Of a stretch of 64,000 bases of DNA, positions 20,645-32,674 are shown in pieces (within the stretch, counting starts at the first letter, position 1; each line of letters opens with the position of its first letter). The DNA lies in NCBI GenBank assembly GCA_000146045.2, contig BK006937.2, positions 32,001-96,000 on the forward strand. Reading direction: 5' to 3'. Origin of the DNA: TPA_inf: Saccharomyces (Eukaryota). The position numbers and the translations under genes were made by a program. The notes beneath the pieces were generated by a model, which was not told the DNA's origin, made no database searches, and saw only the letters and a program-made list of their open reading frames with translations.

Positions 20645-22882
20645 ATGTCACACACTAATAAGATCGCATACGTGTTGAACAATGACACGGAGGAAACAGC
20701 CTCGCCCTCTTCCGTTGGTTGTTTTGACAAGAAACAGCTCACTAAATTACTGATACATACTCTAAAGGAGCTGGGCTACGACTCCGCCGCTAACCAGTTA
20801 CTGCTAGAGAGCGGCGGATATCAAAATGAGTCTAACCACATCCAGACTTTCTTCAAACTCATCAAGACCGGCCAATTCCATCTTATTAATTGGCAGATTG
20901 TTTGCTCGCTGCCCCTTGCCCATAGCTCTCCGCTAAGGTCCGAATGGCTTCAAAGGCTGCTCATTCCCACGCCGACGCCCGCCACGACTTCACTTTTCGA
21001 CCACATGCTCCTGCAACTGCAATACCTGCAACAGCTGATGAGCTCTGTAAATTCATCTACTTGTTCGGACGCAGAGATCGCCACGCTCAGAAATTACGTA
21101 GAGATCATGATTCTAGTTAATAGACAAATATTCCTCGAATTCTTCCATCCAGTCACAAATTCCGCCTCTCACAAGGGCCCTCACACTGCACTGCCCGTCC
21201 TGTATTTGCGCAAAATCCTCAAAAACTTCATCGAGATATGGGATTCCCTGCTGGTGTCTAACGATCAGTTCCTAAATGAAGAAAACATCTTCAATCCGGA
21301 AACGACCTTGAGAGAACTGTCGACGTACCTGACCAACCCAAAACTAACCGCGCAGTTGAACCTCGAGCGAGACCATCTGATTGACGCCATCTCCAAATAT
21401 ATCGATCCGAACGAACTCGTTCCCAAGGGTCGTCTCTTGCATCTCTTGAAACAGGCCATCAAGTATCAACAATCACAAGACATTTTTAATATCATCGATC
21501 CGGATGATGACGCCTCTTTCTCCTCTCCACCCCACCGGATCAACCTTTTGCAGGATAACTTCTCACACGATCTGACTGTGACCTTTCAAGAATGGAAGAC
21601 TATCCAAGACACCACAGACGAAATTTGGTTTTTGACATTTTCGCCCAATGGCAAGTATTTGGCTTCTGCGACTTCCGAGTCTTCAAGAGGCTACTTCATT
21701 ACTGTTTATGATGTGGAACAAGACTTCAAAATTTATAAGACTTGCGTGAGCTTGTCACAATCCGTATTGTACCTCATGTTTTCTCCTGATAGCCGGTATC
21801 TGGTTGCTTGCCCTTTCAGCGAAGATGTTACCATTTACGACATGAATGCCACCTCCCTGCCCGATGCGTCTGCCACAGACTCGTTCCTACTATACCCTTC
21901 TACCAGGCTCTCGCCCATGGACTCGTTTAAACTGGACACCACCACGTACCCAGATGATACCGAATCATCAGCATCATCTTCCTCGAGGCCGGCAAACGCG
22001 AATTCTAATCAATCAAGAGTATGGTGCTGCGATGCCTTCCACACTGCGGAACGTGCGGGCTGGATGGTGGTTGGATCGCCCGACAGAGAAGCTATTGTAC
22101 ACTCACTCACCACGAAAGAGTCACTTTTTAGCTTAAAAGGCAGGACTTGTATCGCGTTGGGCCACGATGAAAACATCTCTGGGAGAAAATCAATCGATCC
22201 TGCAAAAGTCCTTTACAAACCAACAAGTAGCAATGGTAACTGGCAATATGTGGAGGACGACGAAACCTTTCCACGTGTGCACGACGTGAAAATCAGCTAT
22301 GACGATAAATACGTGCTTTTAATGACCCACCAGGGCGTTATAGATGTCTACGATTTCAGTGGGTTCCCCTCCAAAGAGGAGCTATCTAAGCAAACAGTGG
22401 ATCCCAAAAACTTTCTGATTCCAAGGATCGCAAGATTGGACGTGGGCAAAAACATGACTTGTATCTCATTACCGCTAAATACCACGCATCAAGGCTTCCA
22501 TAGGCAACAAATATCCGAGTCTCAACATTTGGTATTAGTTAGCCTTCAAGATAACGAATTACAAATGTGGGACTATAAAGAAAATATTCTCATACAAAAG
22601 TACTTTGGACAGAAGCAACAGCACTTTATTATCAGATCTTGCTTCGCCTACGGTAATAAGCTTGTCATGAGCGGATCAGAAGATGGTAAAATTTACATTT
22701 GGGATAGAATTAGAGGTAACCTAGTATCTGTTTTATCCGGTCATTCCACGGTAATGAGTAATTCCACAAAACCCATGGGGAAAAATTGTAACGTAGTTGC
22801 ATCAAACCCTGCAGATAAAGAAATGTTTGCTTCTGGCGGTGATGACGGTAAGATAAAAATCTGGAAAATTTCAAGAAATTAA
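20645..22882 (+). CDS. GID7: GID7 (YCL039W) WD40 subunit of the GID ubiquitin ligase complex
   Basis: 745-aa ORF with LisH/CTLH-like N-terminal region and C-terminal WD repeats. Confidence 0.85.
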
Positions 22883-22940
22883 TACTCCACCTTATATATA
22901 TACGTAAGCAAAGTTTTATGTAACAAAAAAAAAAAAAGAA

Positions 22941-24527
22941 CTAATCCAACCTTCTTTCACTTTCAGGTAAAACTTGACTGAGTTCTTCAGCCTCTCTTCT
23001 ACCTCTCTTGACATCCAAACAGTTTAGCACAGGCAATGATAGCATCAAAAGCAAAAAGAAGAAATAAAACGAATAGCGAATATTATGCGTTTTATCGGTA
23101 AGCAGTCCAACAAGGAAGGGTCCCAGGATGGACGACCCCTTATCTGTGATACTGAACATACTAAAAAACGTGGATTCTTTTCCTGGAGGTACAATCAAAC
23201 TGAAAACTGATCTTGAAACCGCGGACAGGCCACCTAGTGATAATCCATACCAAATGGCCAATAAGAACATTTCAAACTTATGCTTTAAACCGAACGCATT
23301 GAAGAAAAATCCAAGAATACCATAAAATGGTATGAAACTTGCCCAAATGATAATGTACATCAAAGTTTGACTAGAAGTCCACCGAAACTTTGTGGCAAGA
23401 AATTGTGGAATCATAAAGGCACCCAGCATTGCATTTACAACGGTCAAAACACTTATCATGATTAAATTGAGGGTACTCATGTGCAGTTCTGCCTTGGAGA
23501 ACAAAACCGCTGTAGAATTTATAGTTGTAATGGAATCACTAATAATAAACCACGCAATAAGAAAAATCATCACATCTTTCAATAGTCTGGCATGTTTAAA
23601 CGATTCGAAAAGCGAAACCCAACCATATGAAAGGTAATTCTTCCAGTTTAGTTGACCCAAGGCGTCTTGCTCACCGGGATACGGACTGCGGGCGGATGCT
23701 AATGTAGAATCGTCAACTCTTATCGGTATTGTCACATCGTCAATCAACCAGATCATGGGCAGTTGCCACACAAACCACCAAATCCCAACGAAAAGAACAG
23801 CCACTTGAACATCCTGCTTACTGCCCTTTTTAGATGCGACTAAGAACATAGATACAATCTGAACAATGAGGGCACTTGAATAACCTAAAGATGCACCTCT
23901 ACCGCTAATAACAGTAGTTAACGAGTCTACCTTATCAGGTTCATAAGCTCCTTGACTTTGACATTTCAAAGAATCCTTGACAAAAATGGGCAGAAGAGAA
24001 TTCCCAACAACATTGATAACGCCAAAACAACCATTGGCCACTATATAAAGCCCAGCCAGAGAATAAATCTGGGTATCATTCAATTTTGAAATCGCAACAG
24101 TCGACAATGCGCCCACAATACCAAACCAAACCAGAATTCTGCCTTTGAATTTAACGCTCCCCCAGAGATCTACTATCCCTGAAACGGAAATGACTATTAT
24201 AGTTTGGAATAAAACGCTAAGGGAAAAGACATATAATGCAAAACTTGAAGTATCTACGAAGATCCGATTGTTGAACAAACCAAGAACACACTTATCTGAA
24301 TCACTACCCGTTTCTGACAGGCAGGGTATGGAGTGATCGTGAACTTTTACACCATTTATACTCGCAAATTGCTGCAGTAGTAAGGGAATATACGTTGAAA
24401 CCGCAGAAACGACAAATGGTTCGCTAGAAAATGAGTAAGCGTACCATCCCTTGATATTGTTTTGGGCTTTTTTTATTCGATAGTTCGTTACCGATTCATT
24501 CATATCATTTATAGTTCCATAGCTCAT
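22941..24527 (-). CDS. ATG22: ATG22 (YCL038C) vacuolar amino-acid efflux permease
   Basis: 528-aa multi-TM MFS-like ORF. Confidence 0.85.
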   Translation of the reverse strand: MSYGTINDMNESVTNYRIKKAQNNIKGWYAYSFSSEPFVVSAVSTYIPLLLQQFASINGVKVHDHSIPCLSETGSDSDKCVLGLFNNRIFVDTSSFALYVFSLSVLFQTIIVISVSGIVDLWGSVKFKGRILVWFGIVGALSTVAISKLNDTQIYSLAGLYIVANGCFGVINVVGNSLLPIFVKDSLKCQSQGAYEPDKVDSLTTVISGRGASLGYSSALIVQIVSMFLVASKKGSKQDVQVAVLFVGIWWFVWQLPMIWLIDDVTIPIRVDDSTLASARSPYPGEQDALGQLNWKNYLSYGWVSLFESFKHARLLKDVMIFLIAWFIISDSITTINSTAVLFSKAELHMSTLNLIMISVLTVVNAMLGAFMIPQFLATKFRWTSSQTLMYIIIWASFIPFYGILGFFFNAFGLKHKFEMFLLAIWYGLSLGGLSAVSRSVFSLIVPPGKESTFFSMFSITDKGSSILGPFLVGLLTDKTHNIRYSFYFFFLLLMLSLPVLNCLDVKRGRREAEELSQVLPESERRLD

Positions 24528-25055
24528 ATCTAATGTAGAGAATATGTTATGAGCAAACTATTGCTTATAAGGGCAAAAACCGTGGTAATATAGGTACAGT
24601 TTGAAATCTTTCCTTTTGTTTACACTACGCATCTTTCAATAGCTGAGGTATTTTCGTTTAGGAAAATACCGTTTTAAGGAATTAATTTTAGCAATTTCCT
24701 AAAATTGTTGAGCGGCGCTATCAATGCCGCACAATACAACAATTAATAATCTAAGACACGTTGCATTATACATGACAGAAGCTAAAGCATGGTCTTAGAT
24801 GACAATAAAAAGGAATTTGACAGCACAAAAGAGAAAAAAAAAACTATACATAAAATTTTTTACATATGAATTGCTTAGAGTAAAATAGGCATTTTTCATA
24901 TCTTCTTCCCAATTATTAAATTAGCAAAAAATTGAATAAAAAAAGCAGGTGGTTTAAGAATTGCGCAGGGAGAAGAAAGAATATCATATCTCATGATGGT
25001 AGCCACTTAGACAGAGAGAAAACGAAGTGAGAAGAGGCTAGTATTTTTATATCTT

Positions 25056-25249
25056 AAAAAAAAAAAAAAACAAAAAAAAAAAAACATAAATATTTGTATC
25101 TTATTGCTTATGATGATAATGTACAATGAATTCAAAACATGAAAATTGTTCAAAGTTTTTATTTTTATTTTCTCTTTCGTATTAAACTGATGGAACAAAT
25201 GAAAAAAATGGATAAAAAAACAAAAAAAAAAAAAAAAACAAAAAAAAAA
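25056..25249. repeat. AT-rich block with four long poly(dA) runs (25056-70, 25072-84, 25222-38, 25240-49)
   Basis: Read directly in the sequence. It sits in the ~846-bp spacer downstream of SRO9 and upstream of ATG22. Confidence 0.9.
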
Positions 25250-25373
25250 CAGCTTTGCTGGAGGATGATTAACTTTTAATTTTTTTAATTATTAGGTTTT
25301 TCAATTTTTTATGGTTTTTTGTGTAAAATGCAATGAACGAATCCATTTTTTATTTTGCAAGTGTGAGAGGCCT

Positions 25374-26678
25374 TTATAAGGAAGACTCGGATTCACCGGC
25401 AGCAACCGGCGCAGAGTCTTCTTTGGTTTCTTGTTCTTGAGAAGCGAGTTCAGTGGATGATTCCTCTTCTTGTTGAGGAACAGGTGGTAGGGATATCATG
25501 AATTGGTCCAATGCATCGCCGACCAGTTCTTTTTCAATATTAATTTCAGTTTCAAAAGTTTCTGGTAACCAGTTTGACCAGCTCTTGGAACGAACGAAGT
25601 ACTTATCCAATGGAGATGGTTCTTTGGCTTCACCGGTAACGTTATCACCTTCCTTGGCGGCCAAAGTACCTTCTGCAACATTGACGGTAGCGGCTTCGTT
25701 AGCGACAATTTCTCTCAATGCGGCTAAAATCAGGTTAGTGTCACCTCCGAAGGACATGTTAACAACTCTGTAAAACTTAGAGATTAAAGACAATGGAGCA
25801 AAACCATCCTTGGAGAGTTTGGACCTTAAGTAATTGTCGACGGTCAAGTTTTCTTCGCTGAAATAGTATTCAATTTGTCTAGCAATGTTGTTGATGGCCA
25901 TTAACACTGGTTGGACTGGATAAAACTGTTGCTGTAATTTGACCATAGGTTGTTGAGGATGTTGTTGGTTGTGATGGAAGTGGTTGTGGTATTTAGAGCG
26001 GTTGTTGTTGTTATTACGAGCGTTGCGTCCTTGGTAAGGTTTAAACTGTGGTGGGAAGCCTTGGTTCTGAGGCATACCGGCGTTATTACTGTTGTGGAAC
26101 TTTCTCCTTTGAGGACCATTGCTGTTATGGTGATGACTGTGGTGATGATTACGGTGGTGAGGTGGTTGTTGCTGTTGTGTAGATTGACCATTTTCTTGAG
26201 AGGTAGCGTCTTTTGAATCTTCCTCACCTACTGCCGATTCAAAGCCATCTTTCTTCATTTGTTGTTGCTTCTTAGCATTATGTTGGTGATGCTTCTTTTT
26301 CCTGTTAGCATTACTCGACGATGTCGACGATGCTGCAGTTTTGTTGTTTTTGCTCTTGTTGCTGTTGCCATTACTTGCACCATTCTTGGAACCGGATCTT
26401 TTGGTGCCAGAGACGGTAATGGAGGCCTTGATGGGAACCCACTTGGTAGCAGTCGATGATTTCGGAGTGGGTGTTCTGTTCTTCTTCTTTCTTGTGGCAT
26501 CCAAGTCTTCTATTGAGATAGTAGAAACAGGGATCTCAGTAGGAGCAAGTTTCCATGGGGAAGATGTGGGCAATGGTGCCGGCGTCAAGTTGACTTGCTT
26601 GCTCTTGGAGCTCTCTTGTTCTTGCACTTCTGGGACTGGGGCAGTAGCAGTGTTTGCGGCGGCGGTTTCAGCAGACAT
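25374..26678 (-). CDS. SRO9: SRO9 (YCL037C) La-motif RNA-binding protein
   Basis: 434-aa CDS starting at the internal Met (MSAETAAANTATAPV...) of the 466-aa ORF. The upstream extension is not conserved in what I recall of Sro9, and a La motif lies near the C-terminus. Confidence 0.8.
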   Translation of the reverse strand: MSAETAAANTATAPVPEVQEQESSKSKQVNLTPAPLPTSSPWKLAPTEIPVSTISIEDLDATRKKKNRTPTPKSSTATKWVPIKASITVSGTKRSGSKNGASNGNSNKSKNNKTAASSTSSSNANRKKKHHQHNAKKQQQMKKDGFESAVGEEDSKDATSQENGQSTQQQQPPHHRNHHHSHHHNSNGPQRRKFHNSNNAGMPQNQGFPPQFKPYQGRNARNNNNNRSKYHNHFHHNQQHPQQPMVKLQQQFYPVQPVLMAINNIARQIEYYFSEENLTVDNYLRSKLSKDGFAPLSLISKFYRVVNMSFGGDTNLILAALREIVANEAATVNVAEGTLAAKEGDNVTGEAKEPSPLDKYFVRSKSWSNWLPETFETEINIEKELVGDALDQFMISLPPVPQQEEESSTELASQEQETKEDSAPVAAGESESSL

Positions 26679-27025
26679 CGTGGGCAGAGAAGTGAAAAGA
26701 AGATGAAACACGTTAGCAGGTCCAGAGTAATCCTGATGTTCTATTACCGATCTAGGATCCCAAAAGATCTTCATAAAACCGAAAAAGATGTTAAGAAATG
26801 TTTACACTTGTACTTTTCTTTCTTTGTTCTTGACCTACCAGAAGTGAAAAAAATTTTTCATTGCGTGGGTACATCCGTGCACCATTTCTGAAAAATTTGC
26901 GATGAGCATCCCTCAAAATCCGTATTATCCGCTAGTGTTTTGAGGTTCAACAAGACAACATATAAGAAGGGAAGAAGGAAAGGAGGCAATGAGAACTTGG
27001 GTCTTGCTCGAGAGTCCAGATCCAC

Positions 27026-28726
27026 ATGCAGGTTCAAAAAATGGTGAGAGATAACAGTAATAACGGTAGCGATAAAAGCGTCCATTGGGAGAGGAGGAAT
27101 AATAACGGCGCAGGCCCCCGTTATCGTTCCAGAAGCGGTAATACCGGTGCTTTGGCAACAAAACTAAGTAATGGGACGCTCTCTGTCAGAGGATTAGTGA
27201 AGGACCGAACAGGAAGCGGCAAGATCGCGGGCTGTGTGGAGGCGTTTCTGGATGCCAGGACCCAATTGAATACGCCCTGGGACCGTGCTAAGTGCAATTG
27301 GCTGGACCAGATAGATTACTATGTACAGTTGAGAAAGACCGCGTTTTCTAAGGAATTGGACCAACTAAGGAAGCCCATGATCGATGCATATGTGGCGGAG
27401 ATGAGGCAGAAGTTTGATGCCTCCTATGGACAATCCAGGGCGCAATTGGAAGCCAAACTGGCGCAGGTGGACAGTGAATGGCATATGGTACATGGTGATG
27501 TGCATGCAAAACTGGAAAAACTCGTGGAAGAACGCCGGTTTTTGAAAAGATTAAGCGACACGATCGTACCACCCAGGTCCAAAAGATCACAGCGGCTGTC
27601 TCCATTGACCAAAGAGGACCGAGCCAACTGTATCTGTCCGCAGCCCAAAGGAATGAGCGACACCGCTTGGTTCGAAGCCATTCAGAAGAAAATGTTAGGA
27701 ATGAATGGTACCATCAAGCTCCTAGAGACAGAACAGAAACTACTGGCTGACGAGAAAAACAGCGTGAGGAAGACGTTCTGGCCCATGGTGGAAGCACATT
27801 CACGCTCGAATGAATTTGCTTATCTGGAGAAATGCATCAGGCTGATGGCCTCTCAGAGAGCAATATGCTTTTGTCTTGATATAGAGGCTTTCGAAACAAA
27901 CCAGAACGTAATCACCGAAATTGGGATTTCAATTTATGACCCCAGGGAAAATATGGTGCCGTCAATGGTTCCAATTACAAAGAATTACCACCTAATTATC
28001 GAGGAGTCCCTGGAACTTAGAAACCAAAAATGGGTCTGTGACTACAAGGATTGCTACTTATTGGGAGAAAGCTATGTTTTGAGCTTGAAAGAGTGCGTGC
28101 ATTTCATTCAATCACTAATAAACTATTACTTGGTCCCGGTGACCGAAGAAGACAAGACATGGTCAAGGGCATTTGTTGGTCATCACGTGAGCGGGGATCT
28201 TAAGTGGCTGGAGACTATTGGTGTCAAATTCCCTGGCAGAGGGTATGAAGGCCATCTGGACCATACGCTGCTTTTGGCTGAAACTCCCGGTGATCTAGAC
28301 GTGTTCATCTTGGACACTGAGCAGTTTTACAGGAAATCGTATGGCGAAAAGGGCAGCAGTCTGGGCAAGATTCTGCGGTTGTTCGAGATACCGCATGCGT
28401 TTCTACACAATGCCGGTAACGATGCCTACTATACCCTGCATTTGTTCATGAAGTTTTGCGATGTTAATTTCAGGAAAATAAGCGGCATGGACGATGTTCT
28501 TAAAGTAATGGGCCAAGTAAAAGTTTGGGGAGAACGAGACGTACGAGAGCCTAAAGTGGTGCCCATGTCGTATGCCATCTCCATCGAGGAGGCAGTCAAA
28601 AATCGGACGTACCGCAAGGGCGTCAAGAGCAGTAGGAAGGAAAGAGTCTGCCAAACGGAATTCGGTGGGTTAACGTATTTCGGAACTGCTAAAGACGCCT
28701 TCACAAGCACTCTTCCGACACACTAA
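27026..28726 (+). CDS. GFD2: GFD2 (YCL036W) high-copy suppressor of a dbp5 mutation
   Basis: 566-aa ORF; length and position match. Confidence 0.8.
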   Translation: MQVQKMVRDNSNNGSDKSVHWERRNNNGAGPRYRSRSGNTGALATKLSNGTLSVRGLVKDRTGSGKIAGCVEAFLDARTQLNTPWDRAKCNWLDQIDYYVQLRKTAFSKELDQLRKPMIDAYVAEMRQKFDASYGQSRAQLEAKLAQVDSEWHMVHGDVHAKLEKLVEERRFLKRLSDTIVPPRSKRSQRLSPLTKEDRANCICPQPKGMSDTAWFEAIQKKMLGMNGTIKLLETEQKLLADEKNSVRKTFWPMVEAHSRSNEFAYLEKCIRLMASQRAICFCLDIEAFETNQNVITEIGISIYDPRENMVPSMVPITKNYHLIIEESLELRNQKWVCDYKDCYLLGESYVLSLKECVHFIQSLINYYLVPVTEEDKTWSRAFVGHHVSGDLKWLETIGVKFPGRGYEGHLDHTLLLAETPGDLDVFILDTEQFYRKSYGEKGSSLGKILRLFEIPHAFLHNAGNDAYYTLHLFMKFCDVNFRKISGMDDVLKVMGQVKVWGERDVREPKVVPMSYAISIEEAVKNRTYRKGVKSSRKERVCQTEFGGLTYFGTAKDAFTSTLPTH

Positions 28727-28840
28727 ATATATTCATCGATTTTTTTCCTGTAAATACAAACACATGCTTGTATACATATACATATACATATATATAAGCT
28801 CATTATAAACCTGTGTGCATGGAAAAAACTTTGTCTGCCC

Positions 28841-29245
<405 letters not shown>

Positions 29246-29352
29246 TTATTTTATGCTAAAGTCCCTTTTTATATTATATAAACTTTTCATTTATTTTATA
29301 TATTTACTCCTTTCAAGACAAAATTCCCACATCACGTGAATCAGGAGGCGCA

Positions 29353-29359
29353 AGGGGGG
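29353..29359 (-). promoter_or_regulatory. STRE (CCCCT on the GRX1 sense strand) with adjacent CACGTG at 29333-38
   Basis: AGGGGGG on the top strand about 180 bp upstream of the GRX1 ATG. GRX1 is known to be STRE-regulated. Confidence 0.4.
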
Positions 29360-29657
29360 TAGTAAGGCAGTAGTAGATAAAGAAAACAAGCATCGCAATC
29401 TGGAAACGCCGTTGCGGCTGCTCGTTATCTGTAGACAGCTCACTTGTGCATGAAGTTCATGTTTTATAGATGATGGAGCCATACTTCAAGGTGATAACTA
29501 TGAAACTGTTTTGACCTTGACGTGTAAAGTGATCAAGGTAATAGTTAAACTTTATATATGTTGTTTATCAATGTGGTATCCTTTCTAAGGATGAAGACAA
29601 CACGATTGTGACAGTGTGAGAGAGTGATAAAGCATTGGAGGCAGGCAAAACAAGAAC

Positions 29658-30722
29658 ATGGGGTTTCTTTCGGATCATCCGCATACAGCTATCACCGAGA
29701 CGATCTTTCGAATTGTCTCTTCAAGGGACTATACGCTAGAAGTGGAGTTAGCTCCCTTGATTCAGCTTATCAAAGCAGATCACAACGATTATAACTATAC
29801 CGTGAACCAAGAAGAAGCTGCGCGAGCACTTAGAAAGAAAATAAAGTATGGGAACCGGCTGCAGCAGTCCAGGACTCTGGACCTCTTGGATCTGTTCATC
29901 TCACAAGGCGTGAAGTTTACAGTCATGTACAATGATGACAAGCTGCTGCAAAGGCTGAGAGGGATGGCTACGAACTCTGAAAACAGCGGGTCCGGTGAAA
30001 AGTATGAGCCTAGGATTATTAAGAAGTGCGCGGCGTATGCTATCTCGTGGCTAAACTATATTACGCAGAACAACCTTGAGAATGCGAGGGCGTATTCAGG
30101 TCTTTATCAATTGGGTCAAACAGTCAAACAGAGGTACTCGAAGAGCAGCCGTTCCCGCCGTAGCGGCGGAGGCTCTGGCGGACGGTCTAACTTCATGGAT
30201 GATAGCGCCGACGACACTTTGTACCAGTCCAACTCGCTGACTAGTGCCGATAGATTGTATAGGATTCCACAGATCAACATGAACAAAGAGGCACCCAGGA
30301 TTCGGCTCATAATCAGCGATGCTCTCGCGTCTGCTGTGTCGTTACAGAACTCGCTGATCGGGCTGCCCAAGGGCAAGTTCTCCACAGACGATGAAGAGGC
30401 CACGTCCAAGTTCATCCAGGCAAGGGCGATCAGAAGGAAAGTTCTTAGATATCTGCAATTGGTCACGGAGGGTGAGTTTCTGGGTAGCTTAATTCATGCC
30501 AATGATGAACTGGTGGCTGCGTTGACTGCATACGACGACCGAAGCGCTCAGGACGATAGCAGCGATGAAAGTGATCACGGCTCGTACGATGACGGTATTT
30601 ATGATGAAAACGAGCAGGATAACAGCAGGTATATTGATAGCGAGTCCTCAGAGGAAGAGAGCTTGTCTTCTTATCAGCCGTCCACGATCTCAAACCCTTT
30701 CGGTGATCATAACAAAATTTGA
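29658..30722 (+). CDS. LSB5: LSB5 (YCL034W) Las17-binding VHS/GAT-domain protein
   Basis: 354-aa ORF; length and position match. Confidence 0.85.
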   Translation: MGFLSDHPHTAITETIFRIVSSRDYTLEVELAPLIQLIKADHNDYNYTVNQEEAARALRKKIKYGNRLQQSRTLDLLDLFISQGVKFTVMYNDDKLLQRLRGMATNSENSGSGEKYEPRIIKKCAAYAISWLNYITQNNLENARAYSGLYQLGQTVKQRYSKSSRSRRSGGGSGGRSNFMDDSADDTLYQSNSLTSADRLYRIPQINMNKEAPRIRLIISDALASAVSLQNSLIGLPKGKFSTDDEEATSKFIQARAIRRKVLRYLQLVTEGEFLGSLIHANDELVAALTAYDDRSAQDDSSDESDHGSYDDGIYDENEQDNSRYIDSESSEEESLSSYQPSTISNPFGDHNKI

Positions 30723-30775
30723 AGAAGTATGTACGTATGCATACACACATATATATATATATATATATAGTACAT

Positions 30776-31282
30776 TTAATCCTTCTTGAGGTTTAAAGAC
30801 GCACTGTTCACACAGTGTCTGGTGTCCTTGGGCAAGTTTAGCAACTGTTTCCAGCCTTCACCTTCAAACACATGTCCCAAGTGTCCACCACACCTTGCAC
30901 AACATATCTCCACCCTCGCAGGCATTAAAGAATTGTCACGATGATATGTGATGGCTCCAGGGGATACCTCTTCGTAGAATGCGGGCCATCCACAACGAGC
31001 GTCGAACTTGGCCTTGCTCGAATACAACGGTCTGTCGCAGTTGGCACAATGGTAGACACCGGACTCGTTGGTGTGTAAATACGCACCGGTGTTGGGCCTT
31101 TCAGTGGCCTTATCTCTCAGCACCATCAGCTGCAATGGTGTCAGGGCATCGTTCCACTTCACGTCATTCGATTCGTCACTCATTTTCTTGCTCTTATTCC
31201 AGTACTGCGTCAGTACAATGTTTCTTCTCCCTGGAAAAGTCCTGCGTACAGTTATAACGTACAGCCTGCTCCACTTATTCAT
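30776..31282 (-). CDS. MXR2: MXR2 (YCL033C) methionine-R-sulfoxide reductase (MsrB), mitochondrial
   Basis: 168-aa ORF with the SelR/MsrB zinc-binding CxxC pairs and the RCGWP motif. Confidence 0.9.
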   Translation of the reverse strand: MNKWSRLYVITVRRTFPGRRNIVLTQYWNKSKKMSDESNDVKWNDALTPLQLMVLRDKATERPNTGAYLHTNESGVYHCANCDRPLYSSKAKFDARCGWPAFYEEVSPGAITYHRDNSLMPARVEICCARCGGHLGHVFEGEGWKQLLNLPKDTRHCVNSASLNLKKD

Positions 31283-31440
31283 TTTTTGATATTGCTTCCT
31301 TTCTCCCTTTATTTAAACTATCATCGGCGACATATTTCCCAATAGGCAAAGCTGAAAAATACTATCGCTAATTATAACAAAGAAGCTAGGTCGAAGGACT
31401 CGAAAAGACAGAGGTCGTACTAGCAGAGATAGCAAATCAG

Positions 31441-32481
31441 ATGGAGGACGGTAAACAGGCCATCAATGAGGGATCAAACGATGCTTCGCCGGATCTGGAC
31501 GTGAATGGCACAATATTGATGAATAATGAAGACTTTTCCCAGTGGTCGGTTGATGATGTGATAACTTGGTGTATATCCACGCTGGAGGTGGAAGAAACCG
31601 ATCCATTATGTCAGAGACTGCGAGAAAATGATATTGTAGGAGATCTTTTGCCGGAATTGTGCTTGCAAGATTGCCAGGACTTGTGTGACGGTGATTTGAA
31701 TAAGGCCATAAAATTCAAGATACTGATCAATAAGATGAGAGACAGCAAGTTGGAGTGGAAGGACGACAAGACTCAAGAGGACATGATAACGGTACTGAAA
31801 AACTTGTACACTACTACATCTGCGAAATTGCAAGAATTTCAATCGCAGTACACAAGGCTGAGGATGGATGTCTTGGACGTAATGAAGACCAGCTCAAGCT
31901 CTTCTCCGATTAACACACATGGAGTGTCCACTACGGTACCTTCTTCAAACAACACAATTATACCCAGTAGTGACGGTGTGTCTCTTTCACAAACAGACTA
32001 TTTCGACACAGTTCATAACCGACAATCACCGTCAAGGAGAGAATCCCCGGTAACGGTATTTAGGCAACCCAGTCTTTCCCACTCAAAATCTTTGCACAAG
32101 GATAGCAAAAACAAAGTACCCCAAATATCTACAAACCAATCTCACCCATCTGCCGTTTCAACAGCGAACACACCGGGGCCATCACCTAACGAGGCGTTAA
32201 AACAGTTGCGTGCATCTAAAGAAGACTCCTGCGAACGGATCTTGAAAAACGCAATGAAAAGACATAACTTAGCAGATCAGGATTGGAGACAATATGTCTT
32301 GGTCATTTGCTATGGGGATCAAGAGAGGCTGTTAGAATTGAACGAAAAGCCTGTGATCATATTCAAGAACTTAAAGCAACAGGGTTTGCACCCCGCCATT
32401 ATGTTAAGAAGAAGAGGTGATTTCGAAGAAGTAGCAATGATGAACGGAAGTGACAATGTCACCCCCGGTGGAAGACTCTAA
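31441..32481 (+). CDS. STE50: STE50 (YCL032W) SAM/RA-domain MAPK pathway adaptor
   Basis: 346-aa ORF with an N-terminal SAM domain and a C-terminal RA-like domain. Confidence 0.9.
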
Positions 32482-32674
32482 TGTGCAGTTGTCATGCACA
32501 TCATCATACTAAACTTACACGAATAGGATAACATGTATGCTAGCAGAATATATATGAAAGAAAAAAATTATTGATGCCTTTAAACTTATACTATTATACT
32601 ATATTATGTTATATTATATTATTAGTTTTATAGATATATTGAGATATGTTGAATATGATGACGAGGATGGTGGT

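Noticed and set aside
26255-26706. Multiple ORFs on both strands overlapping SRO9 (e.g. 26341-26706 +, 25950-26216 +).
   Set aside because: They are generated by the Q/N/H-rich repetitive region of SRO9 (CAA/CAT/AAC runs), so they are spurious.
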